Shown piece after piece: positions 24,500-36,400 of a stretch of DNA of 64,000 bases. The stretch lies in NCBI RefSeq assembly GCF_963921235.1, contig NC_086107.1, positions 106,394,001-106,458,000 on the forward strand, given 5' to 3'. The first letter of the stretch is position 1; every line of letters begins with the position of its first letter. Source of the DNA: Mobula hypostoma. Taxonomy: Eukaryota. A model generated the notes under the pieces. The model was given only the letters and a program-made list of their open reading frames with translations, had not been told where the DNA came from and did no database searches. Both the position numbers and the translations under genes were made by a program.

Positions 24500-25290
24500 C
24501 TACAGATGCTGGAAATCCAAAGCAGCACATACAGAATGCTGGAAGATCTCAGGAGGTCAGGCTGCGTTTATGGAAATGGATAGACAGTCAGTGTTTCAGG
24601 CTGAGACCCTTCTTCAGGACTGAGAAGGAAGGGGGAAGATGCCAGTATTAGAAGGTGGGGGGAGGGGAAAGAGGCTAGTTGGAAGGTGATGGGTGAAGTC
24701 AGGTGAGTGAAGAAGGTCAAGGGCTGGAGAAGAAGGAATCTGATAGTAGAGGAGAGTGGACCATGGGAGAAGGGGGAGGAGGAGGGGACCCAGGGGGAAA
24801 TAATAGTAGTAAAAGGTCAGAGTGGGGAATGGGGGGGGGTGGTGAAATTTGTTTACCGTCAGGAGAAATCAATATTCATACCATCAGGTTGGAGGGTATC
24901 CAGACGGAATACAAAGTGTTGCTCCTCCACTCTGAGGGTGGCTTCATCTTGGCACAAGAGGCGGCCGTGGACCAACACATTAGAATGGGAATGGGAACAA
25001 CAGGAATTCTGCAGATGCTGGAAATTCAAGCAACACACATCAAAGTTGCTGGTGAATGCAGCAGGCCAGGCAGCATCTCTAGGAAGAAGTACAGTTGACG
25101 TTTCAGGCCGAGACCCATCGTCAGGACTAACTGAAGGAAGAGAGCCTCTTACTAACTCTTCCTTCAGTTAGTCCTGACGAAGGGTCTCGGCCTGAAACGT
25201 CGACTGTACCTCTTCCTGGAATGGGAATGGGAATCGGAACTAAAATGTTTGGTCACCAGGAAGTTCCACTTGTGACAGATGGTGCGGAAG
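24500..25290 (-). mobile_element. Penelope-like element 3' fragment containing a nested fold-back insertion
   Basis: Collinear with the 41.6-42.2 kb and 49.9-50.5 kb copies except for the extra segment 24998-25218. Confidence 0.82.
24998..25218. mobile_element. Short Penelope pLTR-derived fold-back element with a minimal hammerhead-ribozyme motif on each arm
   Basis: 62-bp inverted arms 25081-25142 / 25156-25217 (3 mismatches, 13-nt loop). Plus-strand CTGACGA-AGGGTCTCGGCCT-GAAACGTCGAC at 25174-25204. Flanked by gaatgggaatgggaa at 24983-24997 and 25219-25233. Confidence 0.8.
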
Positions 25291-26809
25291 CACCACTTGC
25301 TGCTCTGGTAATTTCAACTGGACACCAAAAGGTTCCGTGCCACCAATATTCTGGCCAGGTAGCACCAAAAATAGAATATCTCCCCTTTTGCCTCCCTACA
25401 GCTTGCGGCATTAGGGATATAACAGCAAATACTTGTTGCAGAGCAAGCAGCTGTCATTTGGCCAACAGATTTGTGCTAGCTACAAGCACAGCCACCCCCA
25501 TCATGTCCAATTCCTATTCTCGTTTTCCTGTAGTCCTGTGACTTGGACTCTCGTCCACATTTTGGGGTTAGAAAGTATAGCCAACATTGACTTCGGCAAC
25601 CAACCTTCAGATCTGAATATGGATTGTAGATTAAATTTAAAATGCAGCTTGGAACAGGAAACATCCAATTGACTTGAGATGTCTGCATGCGCATGAAAGC
25701 AATCAACACCCCACCGCATGAATACAACTCCAAGACCACAGTAATTAATACTTATTTTGGGTGTGCTGGTGGGAAGACCCAGGCATTTGAAAACGACATG
25801 TAAAGAAGCATAATGAGGGCACTGCAACTACAGAAATGGTCCTGCCACCCATATAATAATGTGTGCTGTAATACTGGGTCAGAGTCTCCCTCTCCCCCTC
25901 TCCCTGTAATTTATTGTAGCAAATTAACTTATTAGCACATTTTTGGAATATGGGAAGAAACTGGCACACCTAGGGAAAATGTAAATGGTGGCAGAGAGGA
26001 CATGCAAACTCCACAAAGTGAAGCAAACCCAAGGTTCCTCCACTCCTCCAGATGTGCTCAGGGCAACCAAATTCTCTAGCAACGCAGCTAGGTCATGCCA
26101 CAGCAAATCATTACAAGGAAACTTAATAATTTCTGAGATGTGTAACTAGGTCCCATAACCTCACAAATCTGTTCAGCTTATATATTTCTATGGGAAGCAA
26201 CCACAGATGCTGATGATGTGGAAGAAAGCCTCTGCATCCATGGCAGCTCTAGTCTTATCCCATCTTTCAGCTCGTGGCCATTGTGAGTGCCTTTTTAAGT
26301 TCCTGCGCCAACCACTGCTTCAGGATCCAAGCTCCAGACACAAGAGAGCACATAATCATGGATCTGACATGAACTTGACGTGCTTTTAAAGGTCTATGTT
26401 AACCAGATATACAAATAATAGATGAAGCCTCACTCAAAACCCTCTTTGCTATAATATAATCAAGCAGTACAGTTTATACCCTTTCTGAGTAAATTGACAC
26501 AAGCCACGTCAATCTCTTCTCGTTGCAAACGACTGCACCGTGCTGTGTAACGTCATAAATTCAGATAGCATATTGCAATCAAAGGCACGGCTGGTCTGAG
26601 AGATTGCTTTGATAACCGCCACGGGATCATTCTCAGAATATGGAATTGAATTATACAAACACTGATAAGCACCTTCTGCTTCACTCTGTGGCTCACTGTT
26701 GTCGCCATAGCAACAGCTCAACTGCCTTTAGTACAATTGTTTGTTTCAGTTTTCCCGGTGCACTGCACGACTGTGTTCAACCTGACAAGGATTCTTAAAG
26801 ATCAAACAC

Positions 26810-27728
26810 TTTGTGACCATGTCAAGTAAGCCCCCCACCCCAACCAGATCAAGGAAGAGTGAGACAAACCCTCTCTCTTAAGAGAGTTGAGATGTTTATA
26901 CTTTATACTTTGTTGTCGCCAAACAATTGGTACTAGAACGTACAATCATCACAGCGATATTTGATTCTGCGCTTCCCACTCCCTGGATTACAAATATTAA
27001 ATATTAAAAATAGTAAATATTAAAAATTTAAATTATAAATCATAAATAGAAAATAGAAAAATGGAAAGTAAGGTAGTGCAAAAAAACCGAGAGGCAGGTC
27101 CGGATATTTGGAGGGTACGGCCCAGATCCAGGTCAGGATCCATTCAGCAGTCTTATCACAGTTGAAAGAAGCTGTTCCCAAATCTGGCCGTATGAGTCTT
27201 CAAGCTCCTGAGCCTTCTCCTGAAGGGAAGAGGGACGAGAAGTCTGTTGGCTGGGTGGGTCGTGTCCTTGATTATCCTGGCAGCACTGCTCCGACAGCGT
27301 GCGGTGTAAAGTGAGTCCAAGGATGGAAGATTGGTTTGTGTGATGTGCTGCGCCGTGTTCACGATCTTCTGCAGCTTCTTTCGGTCTTGGACAGAACAAC
27401 TTCCATACCAGGTTGTGATGCACCCTAGAAGAATGCTTTCTACGGTGCATCTATAAAAATTAGTGAGGGTTTTAGGGGACAGGCCAAATTTCTTTAGTTT
27501 TCTCAGGAAGTAAAGATGCTTTGTGACCGCATCAGGTAAGCTCCCAACCAGATCAAGGAAGAGTGAGACAAAACCTTCTCTTGGAGATGAGATGCTTTAT
27601 AACTGCATCAAATAACCTCCCCACCAGATCAAGGAACAGCGAGACAAAACCCCTCTCTTAGAGATGACACATTTTGTGACCACATCAAGTGAGCTCCACC
27701 AACTAGATTAAGGAAGAGAGACACAATG
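26810..27728. repeat. ~76-bp minisatellite, 4 diverged units, interrupted by a Rex1 LINE
   Basis: Unit CTTTGTGACC..CAGGTAAGCTCC..ACCAGATCAAGGAAGAGTGAGACAAAACC..CTCTT..GAGATGAGATG at ~26810, 27519, 27595 and 27672. Confidence 0.85.
26894..27513 (-). mobile_element. Young Rex1-type LINE 3' fragment with (AAAGTAT)n tail (sister copies 9297-9575 +, 54938-55385 +, 60919-61350 -)
   Basis: LPSLDSLYTARCRSSAARIIKDTTHPA..RRLRSLKTHTARFGNSFF; four highly similar copies with different 5' truncation points. Confidence 0.85.
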
Positions 27729-29131
27729 CCTCATCCCTCTCCAGTTCCCAAGACAAATGAGCTAAGCATAATCTGAGAAATTATATTCATTCTGGCTGTG
27801 AGAAAGGAGAAAGTTCACAAGTTTAAGATCTTGTAGGAAAAACTCAGCAATACTAAAAAAAATACAGAGGATCAATGCAAAACATAACTAGAAACAGACA
27901 ATCTGGATTTCAGAACATTATGTTTGATGACACTAGTAGGTCCTTTGAGAAGTTACAGATGGGAGACACACAGTGAATGTTCAGACATGGACTTCAAAGA
28001 GGAATCACACAGGTTACAACAGCCTCCAAGAAAAATGCACAAAAAAATAAGATTAGAAGAGAGGAATCAAAGGAATAGGCAGCACAGTCCTGTATTCTGT
28101 GATGGTTCCTGCTCAGACCACAAATTAAAATATAAATACAGGCAGTTAATAAAAGCAAAGTAAATAATTCCAAGGTTCAAAGTAGGAGGAGCCAGAGATA
28201 GGGTGGTGGAATAAACAAGAGTAAATCACAAAGTTTGCAGTGCTTATAGGAAACATTACATCTGGCTTACACATCATCCCATCTACCAACAGACCTGAAA
28301 ATTCTCCCCTTTCAAGTGCCTTCCCTGCTTTCTTTTTGATGCCAAAAATGAATTAAATCCACTACCATCCAGACAGAGCATTTTAGACCACAGCCATTCA
28401 GTGTATTAAAAAATTCTTTAGTCACCTTCATTCTCAAAACCACCAATGTGAATGGCTTTTATCCAGGGACTAAAAACTTGGTGATTTTAAGTGTATTTAA
28501 CAGATCCTTTTGCAAACTCAACTGTAGAAAGAATAATCCCAACTTCTCCAGTCCATTCCCATTCAAATTCCCAGGAAATCACTCCAGTAAATCTTTTCTG
28601 CAGGTTTCCCAAAATTCTTACATCCAAGAATAACCCCACAAACGAACACAATAAACCACTCTGGTCCGAATGAGCAGCTGAAGAAGATTCATCGTCACTT
28701 CCAAGCTTTGTCCTCTAAACCCTGGTACAGTATATATAACCCTCAGGAAACCATGTGCCAGTTTCTCGACTGCTCTGCCACTTTCAATGAAATACGCATA
28801 AATAGCCCCAGAACTCTTGATTCCTGCATCTATTTTATAAACATTCCTATCAAAATTGAACACACTGTATTTCACATAACTAAACTGAATCTATTCATTC
28901 CACAACTCAGGTGTTTCCTTACAGCGTCACAATTCTTGAAAGCGTCTGGTTCTGTGTCACCATGCAACCTACCATCTCACTTTCAAGGACTCTACAACTC
29001 AAGCTCTCAGTATTATTTATTTACCTTTTCTTAAAATCAGGTGCACAATTTGTCCTCTTTTGAACATCGGTTGTCAGTCTTTGCTTGTGTGTAGTTTTTC
29101 CATAAAAATCAATGGTACTACTTTATTTTGC

Positions 29132-30256
29132 CTGGCCAAACAAGGGGCTTGGACCTGGTGGGAAAGTGTTCAACAACGACATCTATCTTGGAATGTTCTG
29201 TGGCAGATGGAACCGCTCCGCATTTCTTTTCCATGCAGAGCAGCGTATGATCTGCTCCCAACACCTGCCAACCTCAGCACCTGGTATGAAGATAAGACAG
29301 ACAGGTGTGCTGCTTGTGGCGAGAAGGGAACACTTCAACATACTTTGAGTGCATGCAGAGTCAATCTTTCCAGCGGCATGTACACTTGGAGACGTAACAA
29401 CGTTCTCAAAGTTGTAACGGAAGCGGTTGAGCAGAGAGTACTGCAGCACAACTTATCTCATGCCCCGTGCTGCACAGAACATCGCATATCATTTGTGGAA
29501 GAAGGCTCCAAGACAAGGGTGTACAGCGCAGGCTCACGATCAAGCATACTTTCTTCAGCCAATGATTGGCGTGTCAAGGCTGACCTGGATGGGAAAGGCA
29601 GTTTCCCGGAGCAAATAGTTTTCACCACATTGCGTCCAGATATAATCGTATGATCTGACACCAGTAGGTAAGTGGTTATTGGTGAACTCACAGTCCCCTG
29701 GGAAGACAACATCAATGAAGCCCATGAGCGCAAGTTAACCAAGTATGCAGAATTAAGATCAGAGTGCAGAGACAGAGGGTGGAAGGTCTCATGCCATCCA
29801 TTCGAAGTAGGTTGCTGTGGTTTTATTGCGTTCACTTTCCAGAAGTGGCTGCGTGACTTTGGCTTCACTAGAAGAGAGATCAAGTCAACCAGCAGGGCTG
29901 CAGCTGAGGCGGCAGAGAAAAGATCAGCATGGGTGTGGACCAAGTATGTCCAGAGGGGCAGATAGTCAGACAGTGTATACATGTCTTGCAAACCCTTCAG
30001 TAGTTGCATAGACACCTGAAGAGCAGACCATCTGTTGGATGGAAGTGACCAACAACTCTGATAGAGGCAGATGCCAAGTTTTTAAGCTCACCAGTGGGAG
30101 GTGGTGCTTTAGCACTGCTGGCCCACCACCTCAAGGGAGTCTTGATCATAAGCGGGCCGAAACTCCTGAAGACAGGTGGCAGATCAACTGATGATCCCAC
30201 TGGTGATAGCACAGGACAGTTAACATCTTAGTCCACGTGTGTTTTAACTCTTTTTA
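29132..30256 (+). mobile_element. HERO-clade non-LTR retrotransposon, 5'-truncated 3' end (CCHC zinc knuckle + restriction-like endonuclease), degenerate
   Basis: QGAWTWWE..YDLLPTPANLSTW..CAACGEKGTLQHTLSAC..YTWRRNNVL..DWRVKADL..TTLRPDIIV*..ELTVPWED..AHERKLTKYAEL..GWK..PFEVGCCGF..SAWVWTK. In-frame stops near 29651 and 29669. Inserted into a Rex1-type 3'UTR. Confidence 0.85.
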
Positions 30257-31530
30257 TGTAAATGCCTGTAAGAAATAGGGGGAGGGGGTTTCTGCTCAAA
30301 GGGCCAAAAGGGTCTTCTCTGAGCTGCATCTCTAAACCAGCGGTTCCCAACCTTTTTATGCCAAGGACCAATACCATTAAAGCAAGGTGTCCGTGGACCC
30401 CAGGTTGGGCACCCCTGCTCTTAGTAAATATTAAAATGAATCATAATTTAGTACATGGTGACATACATGTACTTTGATCTTTGAAATTCTAAAATCTGCA
30501 CACCTAGTCAGTAATTGCTCTAATACCAACCCCAGGAAACTCAACTCATTCTATACTTCAAGTGATCTCTTTCACCACTCATACTTCCCTGTCACCCAGC
30601 TTGTTTTCGATCCACAATGCTACTAAACTCCCTTTTGTTTACAGCTTGCCCCACCCTAACATCAAGGCTAAATTTCTACAAAGGCTAAATCTCCCAAATT
30701 TCTACAGATGTACCGTGGAGAGCATTCTAACGGGCTGCATCACTGTCTGGTATGTTGGGTGGGGGAGTCAATGCACAGGATTTAAGGAAGCTGCAGTGTT
30801 GTAAAAACAGCCATCTCTATCATGGGCACTAGCCTCCGTAGTAACAAGGACGTCGTCAAAGAGCAATGCCTCTGAAAGACAGCGCCCATTATTAAGGACC
30901 CCCATCACTCAGGACATGCCCTCTTCTCTGCTACCATCAGGAGGAGGTACCAGAGCCTGAAGGCACACACTCAATGATTCAGAAACAGCTTCTTCCCCTC
31001 TGCCATCTGATTTCTGAATGGACACTGAACCCATGAACATCACCTCTACTTTTGTTAGTTCCTTTTTTTTTTGCAGTCTATTATTATGTATTGCACTGTA
31101 CCGCGACTGCAAAGTTAACAAATTTCACAGATTATGCTGTTGATATTTAACCCTATTCTGATTCTGGGAAACTGACTGCTCTGTAATGGTTTTACCCAGA
31201 ATTTCATTTTGAACAAAAATGTACACTTTGAAGGCTCCACAACTCACAAAACACTTTTGCACCCATAGATGTTTGGAAATTTAAGGACAGTCCCTCTAGA
31301 ATTTCCTCACTTACTTCCCTTAGAAACCCAAGATGTTTCCCACCTGGACCAAGTGATTTATCTGCTTTTAGGACAGTTATCCCTTCCAGTTTGTCCCTTT
31401 TATTAATTTCCAGCCACTTGAAAATCTCAAGTATAATTTCCTTTGTTGAAACACCCTCATCTTCCTTATTGAAGACTGAAGTAAATTGTTCATTTAGTAC
31501 CTCAGCCATCTCCCTTTATGGGTAGATTTA

Positions 31531-32038
31531 CACTCAGTGGCCACTTTATTAGGTACACCTGCCCGTTAATGCAAATATCTAATCAGCCGATCATGTGGCA
31601 GCAACTCAAAACACAAAAGCATGCAGACGTGGTCAAGAGGTTCAGTTGTTGTTCAGACCACAAGAAATGTGATCTAAGTGACTTTGACTGGAATGATTGT
31701 TGGTGCCAGACAGGGTGGTTTGAGTAACTCAGGAACTGTTGACCATCTGGGGTTTTCACTCACAACTATCTCTAGAGTTTACAGAGAATGGTGTGGAAGA
31801 AAAGCAAAAACCCATAACCAGTCAATGTCAGCTCTGTGGGCGAAAATGCTTCGTTAATGAGGGGGCAGGGTCAGAGGATAATGGCCAGACTGATTCAAGC
31901 TGACAGGAAGGCGACAGTAACTCAAATAACCATGTGTTGCAACAGTGACGTGCCAAAGAATATTTCTGAACACACATGTTGAACCTTGAAGCGGATGAAA
32001 AGCAGAAGACCGTGAACAAACACAGTGGCCACTGAGTG
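31531..32038 (+). mobile_element. Tc1/mariner deletion derivative (related copies 2228-2737 minus, 55722-56052 plus and truncated)
   Basis: TA|CACTCAGTGGCCACTTTATTAGGTAC TIR, right end GTGGCCACTGAGTG. Internal Tc1 HTH remnant (DLSDFD..MIVGAR..SRVYREW). Splits an old CR1 fragment. Confidence 0.82.
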
Positions 32039-33146
32039 CATTTTCTAGTCTTTGAACAGTCCCACCTCTCCTCTTTCAACATTTCAGTTCCTATGACTAT
32101 AGAATATTTTTGGGATCTTGTTTAAAAATACTCTCTGCCTCTCATTTCCTCTTTTTACATCCACTCTGCGTGTTCTGTAATGAGCTTGGTTCACACAAGT
32201 TTTGACACCATGGTATCTGTCATTTCTTCTTTTACCAGTTGCACTTTACTCTATCTTTTTGACTGTAGCTAAAACATCTCCACCACATAAAGGTGTCAAC
32301 CGTTCAATTAAGAGTTTCCCTTTAATTGAGGGTTGATTCAAATTTATCTGGGCCAAAATATAACTCCTTCCAAATGACTACATTTACCTTTGAGTGACCC
32401 ACACCTTTTCCCATAGTTATTCTGAAGCCCATTGATCACGATCGCTGTTTCCTATATGTTCCCCACTTCATTTCTTGGTTCATCTCCTAGAAATGTTTGT
32501 CAGTAGGACCAAAGAACTGATTGTGGACTTCAGAAAGGGCAAGATAAGGGAACAGACACCAGTCCTTGAAAGGGTCAGATGTGGAAAGACTGAGCAATTT
32601 CAAGTGCCTGGGAGTCAAACATCTGGCACAACATATCAATGAAACTACAAAAGGCATGACAACCCGAAACCTATATTTCATTGGGAGTTTGAGGGAGATT
32701 TGGTATGTCATCAAAAAAAAACTCAAGTATTTCAACAGATGTACTGTGAAGAGCATTCTGACAGGCTGCATTACCGTCTCGTACAGGGGATAGGGAGCTA
32801 CTGCACAGGATCAAAATAAGCTGCAGAGTTGTACATTTAGTCAGCTCCACCATGGGCAATAGCCTCCGTAGTATCCAGAACATCTTCAAGGAGTGATGCC
32901 TCAACGGGGGGGGGGGGGGGCATCCATCATTAAGGACCCCCCCCCCCATCACCCAGGGCATGTCTTGTTCTCATCACTACATCAGGAAGGAGGTACAGGA
33001 GCCTGAAGGCACACACCCAACAATTCAGGAACAGCTTCTTTCCCTCTGCAAACCAATTTTGAATGGACATTGAAATCATGAACACTACCTCAATACTTTT
33101 ATTTTATACTCCTTAATTAACTATTAAATCTATATTTACTATAATT

Positions 33147-33461
33147 CAGTGGTCTCCAACCTCCGCAACGCGGACCGATACACTGCTGCGGAGAATGCAG
33201 TGGTGCAGCAGTAGTTGGAATGCACTCCGCACATCTTTAAGAAAAAAGCCGAAATAAACAAGCTAATTAATTAGCTGCCGCCCAGCACGTAAATGTCCTC
33301 TGATCTGGGCCGACATTTACGTGCTGGGTGGCACCTAATTAATTAGCTTGTTTATTTCGGCTTTCTTCTTAAAGATGTGCTGGGTGCGTACCGACTACCG
33401 CTGTACCACTGCATTCTTCGTGGCAATGTATCGGTCTGCTGCCTGGAGGTTGGGACCACTG
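33147..33461. mobile_element. Whole-length palindromic hAT MITE (315 bp)
   Basis: CAGTGGTCTCCAACC...GGTTGGGACCACTG with ~150-bp arms that are reverse complements around ~33304. Degenerate 8-bp TSD ctataatt/cagtaatt. Inserted in a Rex1-type tail. Confidence 0.85.
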
Positions 33462-36400
33462 CAGTAATTAATAGTTTTTTCTTATTATGTTATTGCATTG
33501 TATTGCTGCCGCAAAGACAACAAATTTCACAACATATGCCAGTGACTTTAAACCCAATTCTTATTTGGGATTCCGTTTTGGTCCAAAAATCCAACAAGGA
33601 AATTCTGTAGAACACTCCATAAATTCTACTCCATTTTGCCCCTCATTATGTCTGTAATGGATAGCTGAAGTTCATTAGTACTCTGACTTTTGCACATCTC
33701 TGCAGTTTTCTAAAGATTGAAGATTAGCTTTATTTGTAAATTGAAGAATCGAAACACAGTGAAATGCATTGTTTTGACGTAACGATCAACCTAGTGTGAG
33801 AACTGTGCTGGGGGCAGCCTGTAAGTGCCCAGCGCCAGCTCATCATGCCCACAATTCACTAACCCTAACGCTTTGGAGTGTGGGAGGAAACTAGAGGATC
33901 CAGAAGACAATCCGTGCGGTCGTGGAGGGAACCTACAAACCCCTTACGGACAGTGGCGGGAATCGAACCCTGATTGGTGACCGCTGTTGCTGTAAAGCGA
34001 TCGCACTGACTGTGAAGCTACCGTGCCTCCTGCTAGCTCGATTATCTACTTCATTCCCAGCAGTTAGGAATTTCACCAGCCTGTTTCCTTTCAGTCTATT
34101 ATTATTCCCATCACTATTCACTCTGCCTCCAAGATTTGTGTCATTACAAATATAGAACAGAAACGTCTCAGTATAATTGCTCCTCTATTGTTTCTCCATT
34201 CTAAACACACAGATTGAATCCTTGATTACTCCAGGACATCCTCTCTCCAGCTCTACAGTATTCTCAAGTAATACCACTACGCCCTCTTCTTCCTTCCCCA
34301 CCGTTTGCTGAACAACGTGTATACAAAAATATTTAGAGACCATAATTTTCTTTTTAGCCAGTTCTTTGTTATTGCCAGTGTTGTAACCTCATATGGTAAA
34401 TTGTCTCTGCAACTTCCCAATCTTGTTTAATACAGCTCTATTACGTGCCCCCACTGTCAACAGATCCCCAAATCTTTGCAATATCAAAAAACTTCTGATT
34501 TCTTGTTGCCCTCTTCTAATCCTATTTTCCTACGTGTGTGCCCCTGCAAAATTAGCTTAAGCATCTCCGAATGCCCATCCTGTGAGGACATTGCATCTCC
34601 AAAGAGCTGGACTAATCAGTCTGGCTAATGTAGGTTCCATCAGTCTCCACCCTTTTTTGTTGCTGCCTGCGTGATTTGTTGGGGTTGTTTTTTGTGCCGG
34701 GGAGGGGGTTTGATGATTTTCTTTGAGTGGGTTCCATGACTTTCTTTTTTTCATGACTGCCTGTGGGGAAAACAAATCTCAGGGTTGTATACTGCATACG
34801 TAATTTAATAATAAATATACTTGGACTCTTTGAAGCAGACTGAGATCTGGTGCCAGTGTTCCAGAAATAAAAATCACTCCCTCATGGACGAACTCTCCCA
34901 CTGCAGTTAACCGTGTTAGCCTCTGGCTTTTTTTTTAAAACAGGGAGTAATCCCAACATTTAACTACCTTTGAAGTCCTATTTCTTTCTTAATCCTCAAA
35001 AATTACATGCTGGATCTTAATATTTTTCTACCTATGGAGATGGTATGGATGTGGACATTCTTTGTCTGGTAATTCCGCCGTGGTGGTTTGCATATTCTCA
35101 AGCACACTCTGATATGAAGCACAGATCAAAAACCACAAGAAACAGAAGCAGATTTAGGCCTTGTGTCTGCCCTGCCATGCCATTATGGCTGATTTATTAT
35201 CCCTCTCAACCCCATTCTTCTGCCTTCTCCCCGTAACCTCTGATACCCTGACTAATCAAAAACCAATAACTTCTGCTTTAAATATACCTAATGACTTGGC
35301 CACCACAGCGGTCTGTGGCGATGAATTCTGGATTCAACACCTTCTGGCCAAAGAGAGTCCTCCTCTGCACCTCTGTTCTATTCTGAGGCTGTGCCATCTG
35401 GTTCTGGACTCCCCCACTACAGGAAACACCCTCTCTATGTCCACTCTACCTAAGCCTTTCAACACATGATTGGTTTCAACGAGATTCCTCCCTCATTCTT
35501 CTAAACTCCAGTGAGTACAGGCCCAGAGTCATCAAACACGCTTCATACATTAACCCTGTGATTCCTGAAATAATTCCTGTAAATTAATCTCGCATTCTTC
35601 AATGAGTTGGCTTGATCCCTACTGATTATTTTTGCAGCTTGTTGTGAAATGGAGAAGCATCCAGCTGGTGCCTCAACGACAACGTTAAACAATGCCCTTT
35701 AACCAAGGAAATTTTTGCTGCACGGAACTCATAAGGTATAGATCACTCATTGTGTAAATGAATGGGTTCTGTTCTTGCAGATGTCCTGTTAAAGAGGTGG
35801 ATAATAGGTACTTTGTCAGTAAAGGTGTCAAAGGGTAGAAGGCAGGTGAATGGAGTTGAGAGGAATAACGTCAGCCATGATCAAACAGCGGAGGAGTCTG
35901 TATGACCTAATTCTGCTTCAATTTGTAATGGTCTTATGGTTTAAGCCTCGCAGCAAACTTTTACAAATGTTTTTTTTCTCTTTTTGGCTGTGACCCTGAT
36001 TGGGACATCATCCCCCTACATTATTTCAAAAATACTTATCAAAGTTTTGCTGGGAGATTTTTTCCCTTTTACATCCAACAGTGTTGAGAACAGGGCCATG
36101 GCTTAATACCCAACTTAAAATGTAGCAGCTCCAACAGCCAAAGCTGGTCTCTGTAGCGGAACTTGAATCTAAGAGCTTCTGTCGAAGCTCGGATTTGGCA
36201 GAGGGATGGGTCGGGGGGGGGGGGGTGGAGAAGAGAATGAAAGATGCTGAGTCTCAACCAACAATACTCTAGGAGTATATGCAAGATTTAGAGCAGGAGG
36301 CAAAGGCAAATGAGTTTGAAAATGTTGATAGCTGTAGTGCAGGCAGAAATTGTATCAATATTTGGATTGTTTTCCAGAGATAAATGGTTAAAAAAAGAGA

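Noticed and set aside
26810..27728. CRISPR-like appearance of regularly spaced repeats
   Set aside because: Eukaryotic context, whole units are homologous with no unique spacers, and there are no cas genes.
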